NCBI RefSeq assembly: GCF_006345805.1
Contig: NC_043014.1
Span: 28,892,001-28,956,000, forward strand
Origin: Octopus sinensis
Taxonomy: Eukaryota
Length of the DNA stretch: 64,000 nucleotides
Direction of reading: 5' to 3'
Part shown: positions 12,090 to 26,429 of the stretch, in pieces
Layout: each line of letters starts with the position of its first letter
Position numbering within the stretch: position 1 is the first letter of the stretch
Position numbers and translations under genes: made by a program
Notes under the pieces: generated by a model
What the model saw: the letters and a program-made list of their open reading frames with translations, nothing else
Told to the model about the DNA's origin: nothing
Database searches by the model: none

Positions 12090-13020
12090 TATGTTAGGCT
12101 GGAAGGAAAGACACTGCATGCTGTATGAATTCAAATGGGAATCTTTAGGAACTTTAAGTGTCCAGAGAAGCTAATGATGGTTTGAACAGCTTTGCACGAG
12201 ACACTTTCTCTTGTAGATCCCCCTCGATGTGGACGACTAAGTTCTCTCAATATTGAGCGTCTGGAAACTATAGTTCAGGAACATCCAACTGCACGAGAGT
12301 TAGCATAGCAGTTCATTTCAAGTCACACTTCGATTATAAAATACCTTAATGAAATAGAACAAAATGACCAAACTTAATCAGTGGGTCCTTCGACCTCTGA
12401 ATGCTTTTTAGCTAAATGAGAAAGTTATCCTCTGCTCATCATTTACAAGTAGACTTGTTATCGAACCTTTCCTGCGTAGAATCATCACAGGCAACGAAAA
12501 TAGGTCCTCTATAATCATGTTCAATGAAAATGACAATGATTAGCTTCCAATGAAGAAAGGATACTTCTCTAAACCAAGACTTTTGAAAAAAGGTTATGCT
12601 TTGAATTATTGGGATATAAAGGCAGTTGTCTATCACGAAGTGTTAAACCAGAACGAAACGATTAAGACGGGTAAGATATTGAACAAATCACTCGCAAGAA
12701 GATTATGGCACTAGATGTGGGAGTTTTGCCTTATCCTCCTTCCTGTCACCATCAAACTTATTACCTTTTCAGATTATTGTAACATTATTCATAATGAAGT
12801 CAGTTTATTAAGTGTGAAGACGTTATAATAAATATTGAGTATTTCGTTGTTTCGGAACTTGAAGAAGCTTACTTCTGAAGAATCAACAATTTGCCAAATA
12901 GGTAGAATTATGCTATCGCTAATAAAGAGAAATATAATATTGATTAAATACAACAATTAAGATCAAAGTTTTCTTTCCTTTTCATTTTAAAATGTGCCAG
13001 TACTTTCCAATTTAACTGAA
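12090..13020 (+). mobile_element. Degraded mariner transposon
   Basis: RHCMLYEF-like start (gacactgcatgctgtatgaattc); FLRRIITGNE(K)...LYNH first-D region; PYPP-like and HLF..L..Y remnants; TIR-like ends. Confidence 0.75.
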
Positions 13021-13549
13021 TAGGTTATGACAGACGCTCTAAGAATTTTATCGGTAACTTGGACAATACCGAGAAAGGTCACTCAACTGAATGATTAGCA
13101 TAAACTCACTCGCTCACCCATATTGTGTGCAACCTTCAGTCTAACAACTACACGTATTCATTCAACTCCAGAACGTGATGTCCCTCTCCTTGCTGATATT
13201 TTTTCTCAAGGTGATCCCTTCAGCAGAAAGTCAACGGTATTAATCTTCCCGATCTTACAGCGCCGGGGAACACAGGGAGGACATGCAAAACAAAAAAAGA
13301 AAGAGAAAACACAAGTAATCCACAGGAAATTCGGATCTTCCCGTTGTGGGCTGGTTGAAGTTTGGGATCTCAATTTGGAGCTTATAGTCTATAATGTATT
13401 AGTAGGGTTACATTGAAGTGTATGCACAATGTGATTTAGATAAAACTTATTTATCACTGCTGAAATACAACTGGAAAATAACCGTCTAAAATTAACAGAT
13501 CGTATATTGAGTTTATCTTGTTTGGAAACACAAACGTTCGGCGGTTCAT

Positions 13550-13607
<58 letters not shown>

Positions 13608-14614
13608 TCCGCTAGAATGGGAGAAAGCGCTAATATATGATATATGATATAAGTTATATGATGTATAAAAAAATGTAATATACAAAGAAATATCTGTAAA
13701 TATAAAACCATACCTCATTTCTTCTAATATAAAATACCTGTACATCATCTCCAAATCTTCTAATATATATATATATATATATATATCTGTGTGCTTGTCT
13801 GTGTGTGTTTGTGTCTTTGTTTGTCCACCACTGAATGACAACTGAATATTCTTAGGTCCCTGTAACTAAGTTGTTCGGATAGAATTAGTACTAGTAGGGT
13901 CGATCGTAGGACCTTTTACCAGTTAATATTTTTAACAGGTTTTAATTGTTGACATTTTGTTAAATAGCATTTCTTTAAGTCACCAGGACTTAAAGGGCTG
14001 GTTGGTTTAAAAGACAGGTTGGCTTTGTCTTTTCTTGCGCCTTTGGAACTCAAATTTCTTAGCTAAATTGTCACATTTTGTTTTGAAAAACATATTTTGT
14101 TGCAAATGTAGGATCCGGTTCAAAAGCCAGCAAACTGAAGAGAGAAGTAGGAGATTCGCAGAGAGGTGCAGTACGTGTGACAGTATCTTCGCTTTTCTCG
14201 CGGGTGGAATGGAGAAGAACGTTTTTCAAGAGCTGACAAGTCAAAGTCCGAATAATTTCACCTTTAATCTCGAGACAACCAACAACAACAGCAACAGCAA
14301 CAACGGCAAAACAACAACAGCAGCAACAACAGCAATGGCACTAAGGGTAACAATAGCAACATCAGCAATAACGGCAGCAATAGGAGCAGAGACAAGAGAA
14401 GAAGCTTCAACAGCTGTCGTCGGATCGACAGAAGTAGTAGCAAACGCTGTAGAAAGAACAACAGCAGTATCATCAACAACATCAGCATGAAATACGTCAG
14501 CAATAGCGACTGAGTTGGCGGGACGCAATGGCTGTAACAAAATAGAAGCCACCCAGTGAATATCCCAACACTCTCTTAACCTGGACCTAATTTCTCTCCT
14601 CTTACTTGCACAAA

Positions 14615-14699
<85 letters not shown>

Positions 14700-14705
14700 C
14701 ACACA
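14615..14705. repeat. (CA)n microsatellite
   Basis: Direct reading. Confidence 0.98.
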
Positions 14706-15299
14706 CAAACGGTCTCTTGTACCCAATTCCGAGTTTGAGTCGTTCGATTACATCTCTGGTAATGAGGAGGGGAACCAAGAAAATCAAAATACTAAATATA
14801 CTGAATGAAAAACAAAAGGAACAAAACAAAACAATACCAACTCCACACCAAGCCCAACCAACTCGAAACCCACATGTGTACTAGCGCCACTACCACCTCC
14901 ATTAATAGCAGCAAAAGGAAAACTCACAAACGAAACAGCAACGAATACACAAGAGAAAATCCACCAGACAAATATACAAGTCCTACAACCGGGACAAAAA
15001 CAATACCGAATAAATAAACATCTCCACCCATTTACAACTTTGTGCTAGTATCAAGAAAAAAAACAGTGAATTGCTATCTTTCATAGTACAATGTGGAGAC
15101 ATAGGGACTAATATATAAATAAATATAAGGAAATGAAAGAGACAATTCCCCACACGACGTTGGGAATATCAGCATCACAGCCTTGAATACACTTCTTAAT
15201 GATTTCCCTAAGAAAAACTACTCAGAGACAGGATTTTCATATACCCGATTGCCTATACTTTTTCAATACTTACGGATGAGTGAGCATTATTTTTTTTTA

Positions 15300-16440
15300 C
15301 ATTCTAATGTTTTCTTTTGCAGTCTTTGCAAATTAGTCTAACCAAAGTGGTTAAATTTTTTATCGATTTTACCCCTTCTAAAATGAATTTTTCTGAGACA
15401 CATATAAGACACTGCATGCTGAATGAATTCTAAGGGAGCTTTTCAGCAATAGAAGCGACAAAACGTATTCGTTCTGTCTTTGGAAATGAATATTTAAGTC
15501 AGTGCTTCTCAACCGGACTCTATATGATCTCTAGGAGTCCATATAAGATTTTTGGGTGTTCACGCAAGCAGAATAGTAAAATGGGGACCCAGCGTAGTAT
15601 ATTAAGGGTCCATGAAAAACATTTCCTTTAGATGTATTTATTCCAAAAAAACATCCAGGTTTCTTTCTCTAACGTTTTATATAGTTCAACCTACGAAGGT
15701 TAACGTTTGAAAAACAAAACAGGAATGTTGGAATAAGTATGAATGAAACTAGTTTTTAAATACCGAGAGACTATGGAAGTCTACTAGAGTAAAATAATGA
15801 TCAGAGGAGGCCATAGGTAAAAGATGTTTGAGAACCATTGAATTAAATGTCTGAACACACCAACGATGGTTTGGCCAGGCTCGCCCGGAAAAAAATTTCT
15901 TACAAATCCCCATCAATCTGCCTGCCAATAAGTTTCTGAAAGCCATTGTTAAGGAAAATCTAAAGCAAGCAACATGAGGATTAATAAAAGCGAAAACGAC
16001 AATAGATAGCAGCCAACGTAAAAGCAGAATACATACCCAAACAAGATGCTAAAACAAGACGAAATAGTGAATGCGGATAAGTATTGTCAATTGAAAGCAT
16101 TGCACAAAATTTGCAGAAAAAGCCTCAATCATTTGTCAGTCGTAAAGAGGTGTCTCTCTTATACGATAATGAAAGACCATACTTTGCCCGGAAGTTTTGC
16201 CTTATCCACCTTACTTCGCTGACCTTGATGTATCTGACGATCATCTTCTTAGGTCATTGCAACATTATTTAGCATGAAACCAGTTTATCAATTGCAAAAA
16301 TGGTATTGAGTATTTCTTTGCTACGAAATATGAACAATTTTATACCCGAGGGATCAACAATTTGTGAATTAAATGAAATTATTCTATTAATAATTTTCCC
16401 AATCTTTAATTACGACAGAATTTTGCTTTCAGCCTAATAT
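15300..16440 (+). mobile_element. Degraded mariner transposon interrupted by a MITE
   Basis: MNFSETHIRHCMLNEF at 15383; YDNERPY (HDNARPH) and PYPPYFADL..SDDHL (PYSPDLAPSDYHL) remnants; ends ttttgctttcagcctaata, a mariner TIR plus TA. Confidence 0.8.
15500..15840. mobile_element. hAT-like MITE nested in mariner
   Basis: TIRs cagtgcttctcaa / ttgagaaccattg; diverged 8-bp TSD atttaagt / aattaaat; mariner frame resumes after it. Confidence 0.7.
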
Positions 16441-16849
16441 ATCTACGGTATATCTATTATAACAAAGGTTAAAAATCATTATTGATTTTACCAGTGGATC
16501 AACGCAGAAATAAAAACCTTATACGTAAATTTTACAAATATTTTAATAATTATATACATGATTATATACATAATTATATACATGATTTAATAATTATATA
16601 CATATAAATACACACATTTATATATATGTGTGTGCTTGTGTGTGTGTGTATATGTGTGTGTGTATAATGTTAATTTTATATGCCATTTGTATGCATGACA
16701 TTATATATGTCTGTGCGTCGATATGTAAATAGAAGGGTCGTCCCCAAATCTTATGCAAATATGAGCAGAACCCATATTGTGTGACGAAGGTCATTCCAAG
16801 AGTACATGCTTGTTGAGTAACTCTTTCTCTATACACAGATATTACCATA

Positions 16850-17875
<1,026 letters not shown>

Positions 17876-18344
17876 TATTAACAAAAATACAGAAAATGCA
17901 TTTGGCATATCAGTCTTTATAAAAGAATTCTCCACACGTTTCAGAACTGAACTGACAAAATTACACAATCTTACCATTCTATCATTGCCAGTGTTTTCAG
18001 AGAAATATACAAAATATAGGGTTTTAGTTATATACCATACTTATGCAAATTACTCACAATACAGAACACATCATGACAAAGTCCTAAGTAGTTGGATGGA
18101 GAAAATAGAAGATAGAAAGTTCGATACGAAAAGGGTGCTGAAGGCCACTGAGGTTGACATAGATACACACAAGTACTCACAACGGGTCACGTATATACAC
18201 AATACAGAGGAGAAAAAGAAAAGATAACCAACAGTAACGTAAACTCAATAGCAATGTGAGCAACAATAACAACAATTATCAGCCACAACAACAGCAACAA
18301 TGATAACAAACATAGCAATAATATCAGCTACCGTTATGCATCGT

Positions 18345-18770
18345 GGAGGTACATGGCCTAGTGGTTAAAGCAGCGGACTTGCGGGTTGAAGGATCGCGAG
18401 TTCACATCTCAGACCGGGCGATGTGTGTGTTTATGAGCGAAACACCTAAGCTCCACGCGGCTCCGGCAGAATGGCCTAGTGGTTAAAGTAGCGGACTTGC
18501 GGGTTGAAGGATCGCGAGTTCGCATCTCAGACCGGGCGATGTGTGTGTTTATGAGCGAAACAACTAAGCTCCACGCGGCTCCGGCAGAAGATAATGGTGA
18601 ACCTGCTGACTCTTTTGCCACAACTTTCTCTCACTCTTTCTTCCTGCATCTAGCAGCTCACCTGCGACAGACTGTCGTCCCGTTCAGGTGAGGAACCTAT
18701 ACGCCAAGGAAACCGGGAAATCGGCCTTTATGAGACAGGCACGGCTCGAGAAGGAACAAACAGCAACAAA
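18345..18770 (+). mobile_element. SINE family C with tandemly duplicated 118-bp tRNA-like head
   Basis: ggaggtacatggcctagtggtt (A box)...gagttc.catctc (B box); head repeated at 18353-18470 and 18471-18588; tail ggaaaccgggaaa.cggcc. Confidence 0.9.
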
Positions 18771-19273
18771 GCAATTATGCATCAGACATGAAGAGAATTA
18801 GCAGTCACTTCCTTTGACAAATTTATAAAGTCAATTTCAAATAAGATGCTTTTGTTGTCGTTGTCGTCTTCGTTCTTGCTAAAATTGTTCTTGCGATTTT
18901 GGTTGTTATTGTTAATTCTTGCTATTAAGCTACGTCTCCCCTGGGTTATAGCTTTTCTGCTCTTTTTTCTATTGTGTATAAATAAATACAACCGTCTGCA
19001 CATAAATACGAATGTGTATCTATGTCTGCCTAAGCATGTAAGAGAGAACGTGGCCTCGAGCACACCTCTCGCATCGACCTTTCTATTTTCTGTTTATACC
19101 ATCCAATTATTTAGCACTCAGTCACCCGGTATTTTACTACTTCATTGATGATGTTGGAAATTTGCATAAATGAGATATATATACTGAGCAAACTTAACAC
19201 TCTGATTTGTATTTTCTATTTTGTGTGAAAATACTGACGAGATGTACATGTAATATTGCTCAATGTAAGTGTG

Positions 19274-19276
<3 letters not shown>

Positions 19277-19341
<65 letters not shown>

Positions 19342-19551
19342 CATATATTTATATATATACATACATATATATATATATCCATACATATACACATATACAT
19401 ACGTGTATACATATATACATATATACATATGCATATGTGTATATATATATATGTATATGTGTGTATATGTATATACATATATATATGTATATATATATGT
19501 ATGTATATGTATGTATATATGTATATGTATCATATATATATATATATATAT

Positions 19552-19586
<35 letters not shown>

Positions 19587-19610
19587 CATATACATATACA
19601 TACACATAGT
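19277..19610. repeat. Compound TA/CATA microsatellite
   Basis: Direct reading. Confidence 0.97.
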
Positions 19611-19611
19611 A

Positions 19612-19950
19612 AAGGCGCATGGCTCAGTGGTTAGAGCGTCGAGCTCACGATCCTGAGGTTGTGAGTTCGAATACCGGACCGGGCTGTGTGTTGTGTTCTT
19701 GAGCAAGACACTTTATTATTTCACGTTGCTCCAGTTCACACAGCTGTAGAAATGAGTTGTGACGTCACCGGTGCCAAGCTGTATCGGCCTTTGACATTCC
19801 CTTGGATAACACTGGTGACGTGGGAGAGGGGAGGCCGGTATGCCTGGGCGAATGCTGGTCTTCCATAAACAACCTTGCCCGGACTTGTGCCTGGGAGGGC
19901 AACTTTCTAGGTGTAATCCCACGGTCAGTCATGACCGAAGGGTGGGGGGA
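19612..19950 (+). mobile_element. SINE family D, near full length
   Basis: aggcgcatggctcagtggttagagcg (A box)...gagttcgaataccgg (B box), then cttgagcaagacact central domain. Confidence 0.9.
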
Positions 19951-19991
19951 TGTCTCAGCAGCAATACATAGATATATGTATGCATATGTAT

Positions 19992-20035
<44 letters not shown>

Positions 20036-20575
20036 ATATATATATTATATACATACACACCACGCACATATATGAATACATATATATATGTGTGTGTGTG
20101 TGTGTGGTGTGTGTGTGTGTACGCGCGTATTTTTGAGTGTGCGTACGACTAAATGTATTATATTATCATATATGACTATATTTGTGCAATTGTATATCCC
20201 GAAACTCAGCTCTGGGTTGTTTATAACCGAAAATTTTACAATCCAATTGAGTCGATTATATAACAGCCATACTTTTGACAAGTATTATGTTATTAATATG
20301 CTAGTTAACACCTGAGGTAAATGTTATCGAGAAGGGCCCTCTTCTCCCCAAATTTCAGGGCCTGTACGTATAGTAAAAAAGAATTATTTTATTACCCTCC
20401 CACCCAACAAACACACACACTCACGCGCACGCGCACAGGCAGGAACCGATTATATCGATAGACACAATTGAATATCAATACACACACATATATAAATACA
20501 TACATAAATATATATATACATACATATATGTGTGTGTATATGTATGTATGTATGTATGTATGCATGCATGCATGT

Positions 20576-20627
<52 letters not shown>

Positions 20628-20720
20628 GTACTTCGAAACGCAGAGTAGACGAAAGAGGGACAACTGAAGAAGGGGAATATTCCTTGTGTTGCATGTCGTG
20701 TACTTTTTCATGTCCTGTAC
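20628..20720 (+). mobile_element. Penelope-like terminal-repeat fragment (3' half of a hammerhead-like motif)
   Basis: cttCGAAACgcagaGTAgacg followed by gagggacaactgaagaaggggaatattcc; 5' half replaced by (GATA)n. Confidence 0.4.
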
Positions 20721-20811
20721 CCATATATGCATGTATATATGCATATAGATGTAGGTATGTACATATATGCATGTATATATACATATATTTATATATTATT
20801 TATATTATTAT

Positions 20812-20889
<78 letters not shown>

Positions 20890-21392
20890 CAATTGAGGGA
20901 GAGGGATAAAAAGAAAAGTGGAAAGTGGGTGTGGCAACTTTTGAAAAAATTCTCTTCTATTGAAAAGCGAAAGATAGGTTTTCTCACATTTCAATGGCAA
21001 AGAATGAGAAAGCATGGAAGGAGCAATAAAGAGAAAGAGAGAGGGGGGGAGAGAATAGTTAAGAAAGAATAAGTTAGCGTAATATAGAGTAAGCTATAGA
21101 AATATAGAAATATAATTTGAAAGGGAAAGAGGGAGAGTGAGAGAAAGCGGGGGAGAGACGGAGAGGTGAGTAGAAGGTAGGAATAGGAAAGTGTGTAACC
21201 TAGACTTTTAACAGACACCGACAATGTTGATGACTATATTTGAATAAAGTATTTATGATAAAAGCAGATAAAAAAGAATGATGGTGGGGCGGAGGAGGAA
21301 GAGGAGGGGGAATGAGGAAGATTTGGAGGAAGAGAAGGAGGAGACAAGGAAAGAAGAGAAGGATGGGTGAGAAGGAAAGGGATGTGGAGGAC

Positions 21393-21394
<2 letters not shown>

Positions 21395-21424
<30 letters not shown>

Positions 21425-21467
21425 AAGAAGAAGAAGAAGAAGAAGAAGAAGAAGAAGAAGAAGAAGA
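21395..21467. repeat. (AGA)n microsatellite
   Basis: Direct reading. Confidence 0.98.
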
Positions 21468-21647
21468 GGGAAAATTGTTATTGTAATCGTCGTATTTTTT
21501 GTTTTTACTATTTTCATTTAACGCATCAGACACAAATACAAACATACCTACACACACTCACACGCACACACAGCTACATATTAGCAAACACGCATATAAA
21601 CGCAGACACACATGTATAGACAGGGGGGATGAGATAAGCAGACACAA

Positions 21648-21649
<2 letters not shown>

Positions 21650-21693
<44 letters not shown>

Positions 21694-22200
21694 TCACACA
21701 TCCACAGAGGTGCACATATACAGTCATTCAGGCGGGCAGACATATACATGCATCCATACAACCATCAATTCATATACTCATATATCCATTCATTCTCACA
21801 TACATACACACACATACATACATACATACATACACACACATACATATATACATACATACATACATACATACAATCGTACACACATTCATACATTCACACA
21901 TATATTCAAACATACAATCATACATACATATATACATACATACATAGATACATACATGCATACATGCATGCAGACATGCATACACACATACATACAATTT
22001 ACATACATACATACATACATGCATACATATATACATACATACATACATACATTCATACATACATACATACATACATGCATACATATATACATACATTCAT
22101 ACATACATTCAGACATACATACATTCATACATACATACATTCATACATACATACATTGATACATACATACATGCATACATACATACCGAAAGATACATCA
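21650..22200. repeat. (TA)n and degenerate (CATA)n array
   Basis: Direct reading. Confidence 0.95.
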
Positions 22201-22610
22201 CACACGCACATATGTATATTACATAATACATAAACTCACTCATACTCAATCATGTATACATACAGATACATAACATACACGCACGCACGCACACACACAC
22301 ACACATAGTAAGAATAAGAATAGAGGATCTATAAAAGATGGAGAGGAAGAAGACATGAAGAAGTAAGACGAAATTGGGAGAGAGAGAGAGAGAGAGAGGG
22401 AGAGAGAATGAAATAGTAAAGAATCAAGGAATGTGTAGAGAGACACGCCACTAAAGTTAGACGGGGTGGGAGGGAAAAGAGAGTGAAAGAAAACAAAGCG
22501 TGATAGGCGAGGGGGAGAGAGAGAGTAGAAAGAGAGAGAGAGGTAGAATGGAAAGAGAAAGGCAAAGTATTGCAAGGAAAGTGAAGGAATTGGTGGCGGT
22601 GGCGGTAGAC

Positions 22611-22677
<67 letters not shown>

Positions 22678-22771
22678 GGTGGTGGTGGTGGTGGTGGTGG
22701 TGGTGGTGGTGGTGGTGGTGGTGATGGTGGTGGTAGTAGTGGTAGTAGTGGTAGTAGTAGTAGTAGTAGTT

Positions 22772-22832
<61 letters not shown>
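22611..22832. repeat. Compound (TAG)n(TGG)n(TAG)n microsatellite
   Basis: Direct reading. Confidence 0.98.
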
Positions 22833-22834
<2 letters not shown>

Positions 22835-22930
22835 AGTCAGGGAAAGACAGCGAAGAAACATGAGAAAATAACTGAAGACGGAGAATGCGTTTATGAGAGA
22901 GTAAGAAACCGTCCGAGTAAGAGAGAGGGG

Positions 22931-22961
<31 letters not shown>

Positions 22962-23148
22962 AAAGAGAGTAAGAGAGAGAGGGAGAGAGAGAAGAGAGGA
23001 GAGGGAGGGAAGGAGGGAGAGAGGGGGAGAGAGAGTAGGACAGACAGACAGACAGTAAGAAAGAAAGAAACAAACAAAGAAAAAGAAACAAAGAAACAAA
23101 GAAACAAAGAAACAAAGAAAGAAAGAAAAAGAAAGAAAAAGAGCGAAA

Positions 23149-23185
<37 letters not shown>

Positions 23186-23418
23186 GATGGAAGTGACTAG
23201 AGGAGAGGTGTGAGTGAGAGGAATTTAAGTTGTGTAAATCCTATTAAGAATTAAACAGAGAACATAGCCAAGTACTTTGGCTGTTGTTTCTTCTCTGCGA
23301 TGGCTTCTCTTAACAGAGACGCACTATTTCACTAGACAAGACAGACAAACGTTGCCAGACATTCTTGTCTCCGCCCACCAGTCGCTAACTGAGGAATTAT
23401 CACGCAAGTGTCAGTGTT

Positions 23419-23470
23419 TGTCGCTAGGTGGCAGCACACGATAGATGCCAGTTACTTTGCAAAATGGCGC
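23419..23470. promoter_or_regulatory. Candidate CTCF site with adjacent YY1-type motif
   Basis: tgtcgctaggtggcagcac (rc gtgctgccacctagcgaca) closely fits the CTCF core; aaaatggcg at 23461-23469; lies in a unique island. Confidence 0.45.
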
Positions 23471-23539
23471 TGAATATTTTTTTTTGTTTCTGTTTTTGTT
23501 TTATTTTTATTTTTAATTTTTTCATCATAATCGTATTCA

Positions 23540-24220
23540 GTCGTAGTCTAGCTGTCTGGCTGGTTGCCTGTCTGCCCAGTTAGTCGGCCGGTTGAATGGT
23601 CGGCTGACTGGCTGGTTAGTCGGCTGGTCGATCGGTCGGTTGGCTGGCTGGTTGGATGGATGGTTGGCTAGACGGTTAGCTTGTTGGTTGGTTGGTTGGC
23701 TGGTTGGATTGAAGATTTGACGGTTAGATGGTTAACTGGTTGGTTCAACGGTTAACTAGCTGGTTGGCTTGTTGACAAGTATGCTGGCTGGCGGTCTGGC
23801 TGTTTGGTTCGTTTGATGGTTGCGTTGTTAGTTTGCTGACTGGCTGTTTAGTTCGTTGGTTTGATAGATTGATAGTTGGCTCTGATTATTTAACTGATTT
23901 AACGTTTGTCTAACTGACTAGCTCGTTGGTAAGTTTGATGGCTTGTCTAGCAGATTGGTAAGTTTAATGTTTTTTTGTCTTTTACGTTGGTTGTCAGGGT
24001 TAATCACTGAACGACTGGCTGGTTGGCGGGCCCGATGGTCGGTACGATGATTTAATGGTTGGTTGGAAAACTTGCTGGCTGAGTAGTTCGATAGCCGTCT
24101 GATTGTAGGGCTTATCTGGCTTCTTCAATGACATGCAGACTACAGGCAACAGACAAGCTGGTTGGATGGCTTGCTGGCTGGTCGTCTCGTTGATCGTCTG
24201 GCATTCCAAAATAAGAAAAT
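23540..24220. repeat. Degenerate (GGTT/GGCT)n array
   Basis: Direct reading. Confidence 0.85.
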
Positions 24221-24349
24221 CAAACTGAAAGAACCAAGCCTTACGGTATTTAGTTGGGTGTTTTATCTCTTATAGTTTTGGTTCTTCGTGTTCAGGGTTC
24301 AAATCATGTCAGATCCAACTTTACTTTTTAAGTATTCTGTGATTGAGGA

Positions 24350-24860
24350 AATAAATTTATCTTTTATCTTTTACTTGTTTCAGACATTGGATAGCGGCCA
24401 TGCTCAAGCACTGCCTTGGAGAGTTTTAGTCGATGAAATCTAGTCTAATAATTACCTTTTGAAAAAGTCTGGTACTAATTCTATTAGTCTCTTTTGCCGA
24501 ACCTTTAAATTTAACGGGACGTAAACATACTAACACCGGTTGCCAAGCGGTAGAGTTGGACCAACAAAAAATAACAGACAAATGTGTGTATCTGTGCATT
24601 CAGATACACGCACACACACACATACACACTGAAACAGCCCGTTACACACACATATATATTTATACATAATCAAGGATAAAATCGTAATAAAAAATAACGA
24701 TCCTATCAATGACAGGTTTCTTTCAGTTTTGATATATCAAACCTACCCACAAGGCTGTGGTCAGTCCAAGACTATAGCAGAAGATGGAGCGCAATGGGAC
24801 TGAATCCGAATCCATGAGGCTGCGAGCAAATCACAGCCACTCCTGCGCCTATTCTGGTAA
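24350..24860 (-). mobile_element. SINE family A, diverged full length
   Basis: Tail tttacttgtttcagac... and head ...cacagccactcctgcgcct. Confidence 0.85.
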
Positions 24861-25039
24861 ATTTTTTTTAAATAGTTGGTCGTTGGAAAAGAGGCAGTTT
24901 CCATGTCCTATGCTGACTTCCCTTAACTAGACCGATTGATGTGCATGATACAATAGACCCAGTAGATTCTATCCCCCCCTCCCCATATAGTATTCCTTCA
25001 ACGTGAGAAAATTAAATTACGAACTTTTGATAAACAGAT

Positions 25040-25272
25040 TCTTTCATTCTTTTACTTGTTTCACTCAGCTGACTTGGGCCATGCTGGAGCACTGCTTTGA
25101 ACGGTTTTTGTCGGACAAATCGACCCCAGGACTTAACTTTTCTTTAAGCCTAGTACTTATTCTATCGGTCTCTTTTACCGAACCGCTTGATTACGGGGAC
25201 GTAAACACACCAACTTCGGTTGTCAAGCGGTGATGGGAGGACAAACACACACACACGCACACAAACATATAT

Positions 25273-25316
<44 letters not shown>

Positions 25317-25470
25317 GGCAGGATTATTTCAGTTTCCGTCTACAAGATCCACTTACAAGGCTTTGGGCGACCGAAGCTATAGTAGAAGACACTTGCTCAA
25401 GGTGCTACACAGTGGGACTGGACCCGGAACCATGTGGCTGCTGGGAACAAATATACTCAAAACAGAAGCC
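25040..25470 (-). mobile_element. SINE family A
   Basis: As above, with internal CA/TA microsatellite. Confidence 0.9.
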
Positions 25471-25794
25471 AATTGCGATGTAGTTTCGATTCCCATTTCA
25501 AATCAATTCACATCTCCGGAAATGTTGTCATAAAAACATTGAGTGTCAAAACTTAGGTTCCCACAACTACAATATAGAATAGATAATTTTCATAAAATAT
25601 GTTGTTTTAGTGAAGCGTGTCATAGTGATTTGATTAGCTCTAACAAGTATTGTTATAATGATTGCTTCACTCATATCCCTAATAACGTATCTCTGGATAA
25701 TAGAAAAATCTGTGATAGCTATTACCGTGACAAATAGACACCACAGTTGTCCCATACCTCTCAATCAAACGGTTTTATTCAATAATATTGTTTC

Positions 25795-26280
25795 CAGCAG
25801 AAAGGCGGCGAGCTGGGAGAATCGTTAGCTACGCCTGGAAAAATATTTAGCGGCATTTCGTCCGCATTTACGTTCTGGGGTCAAATTCCGCAGAGGTCCA
25901 CTTTCTATCCTTTCGGAGTTAATAAAAAGGTACCAGTTGAGGGGTCGCTCTAATCAATCCATCTCTACCTCGGAGTTGCTGGATTTATGCCGAAACCTGA
26001 AAACAACATTGTTTCCAACCTAAGCATGTAGCCGCATTTGGGGAGGGGGTGGAAGGAGGGGTGAGCCAAATAAACCCATTCTAGCATTTGACGAATACTT
26101 TATTTCATCTACCAGAGAAGAGAATAAGAACCAGATTTGAACTAGCACCGTAAAGATCCGGAATAAATACTGAAATGCATTTTAACGTAAGTACAACGCC
26201 CCAAATATTGTAGGAAAGGAACAGTCGATTTTATTATCCATAGTACAGGGTTAGTACTTGTTTTAGTGACCCTAAAAATG
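25795..26280. mobile_element. SINE family B: plus copy at 25795-26000 and degenerate minus pieces at 26020-26280
   Basis: aggcggcgagctgggagaatcgttagc...gaggtccactttctatcctttcggag. Confidence 0.75.
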
Positions 26281-26429
26281 TATTTAATAGATTATACTCT
26301 CTTCAACAACTTCTGGCTTTCTGCCTATACAAGGAATTATGATTCGATCTGACTCAGCTTTGATTTTATTCCTGGGGGAATTTATGTAGTTAGGGAGTTA
26401 TTACTCTAACCTTAGATATCTACAAGCTT

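Noticed and set aside
14035-14490. 151-aa ORF and a possible exon at 14112-14165 (IRFKSQQTEERSRRFAE)
   Set aside because: The ORF runs through a CAA/CAG low-complexity tract, and the splice sites are weak; kept out of the exon chain.
18064-18190. Protein-like frame THHDKVLSSWMEKIEDRKFDTKRVLKATE
   Set aside because: Acceptor is plausible but there is no good donor; no family match.
18345-19700. tRNA genes at A/B-box sequences (also 30275, 33858-34128, 43815)
   Set aside because: They lack a complete cloverleaf and continue into shared SINE bodies; these are SINE heads.
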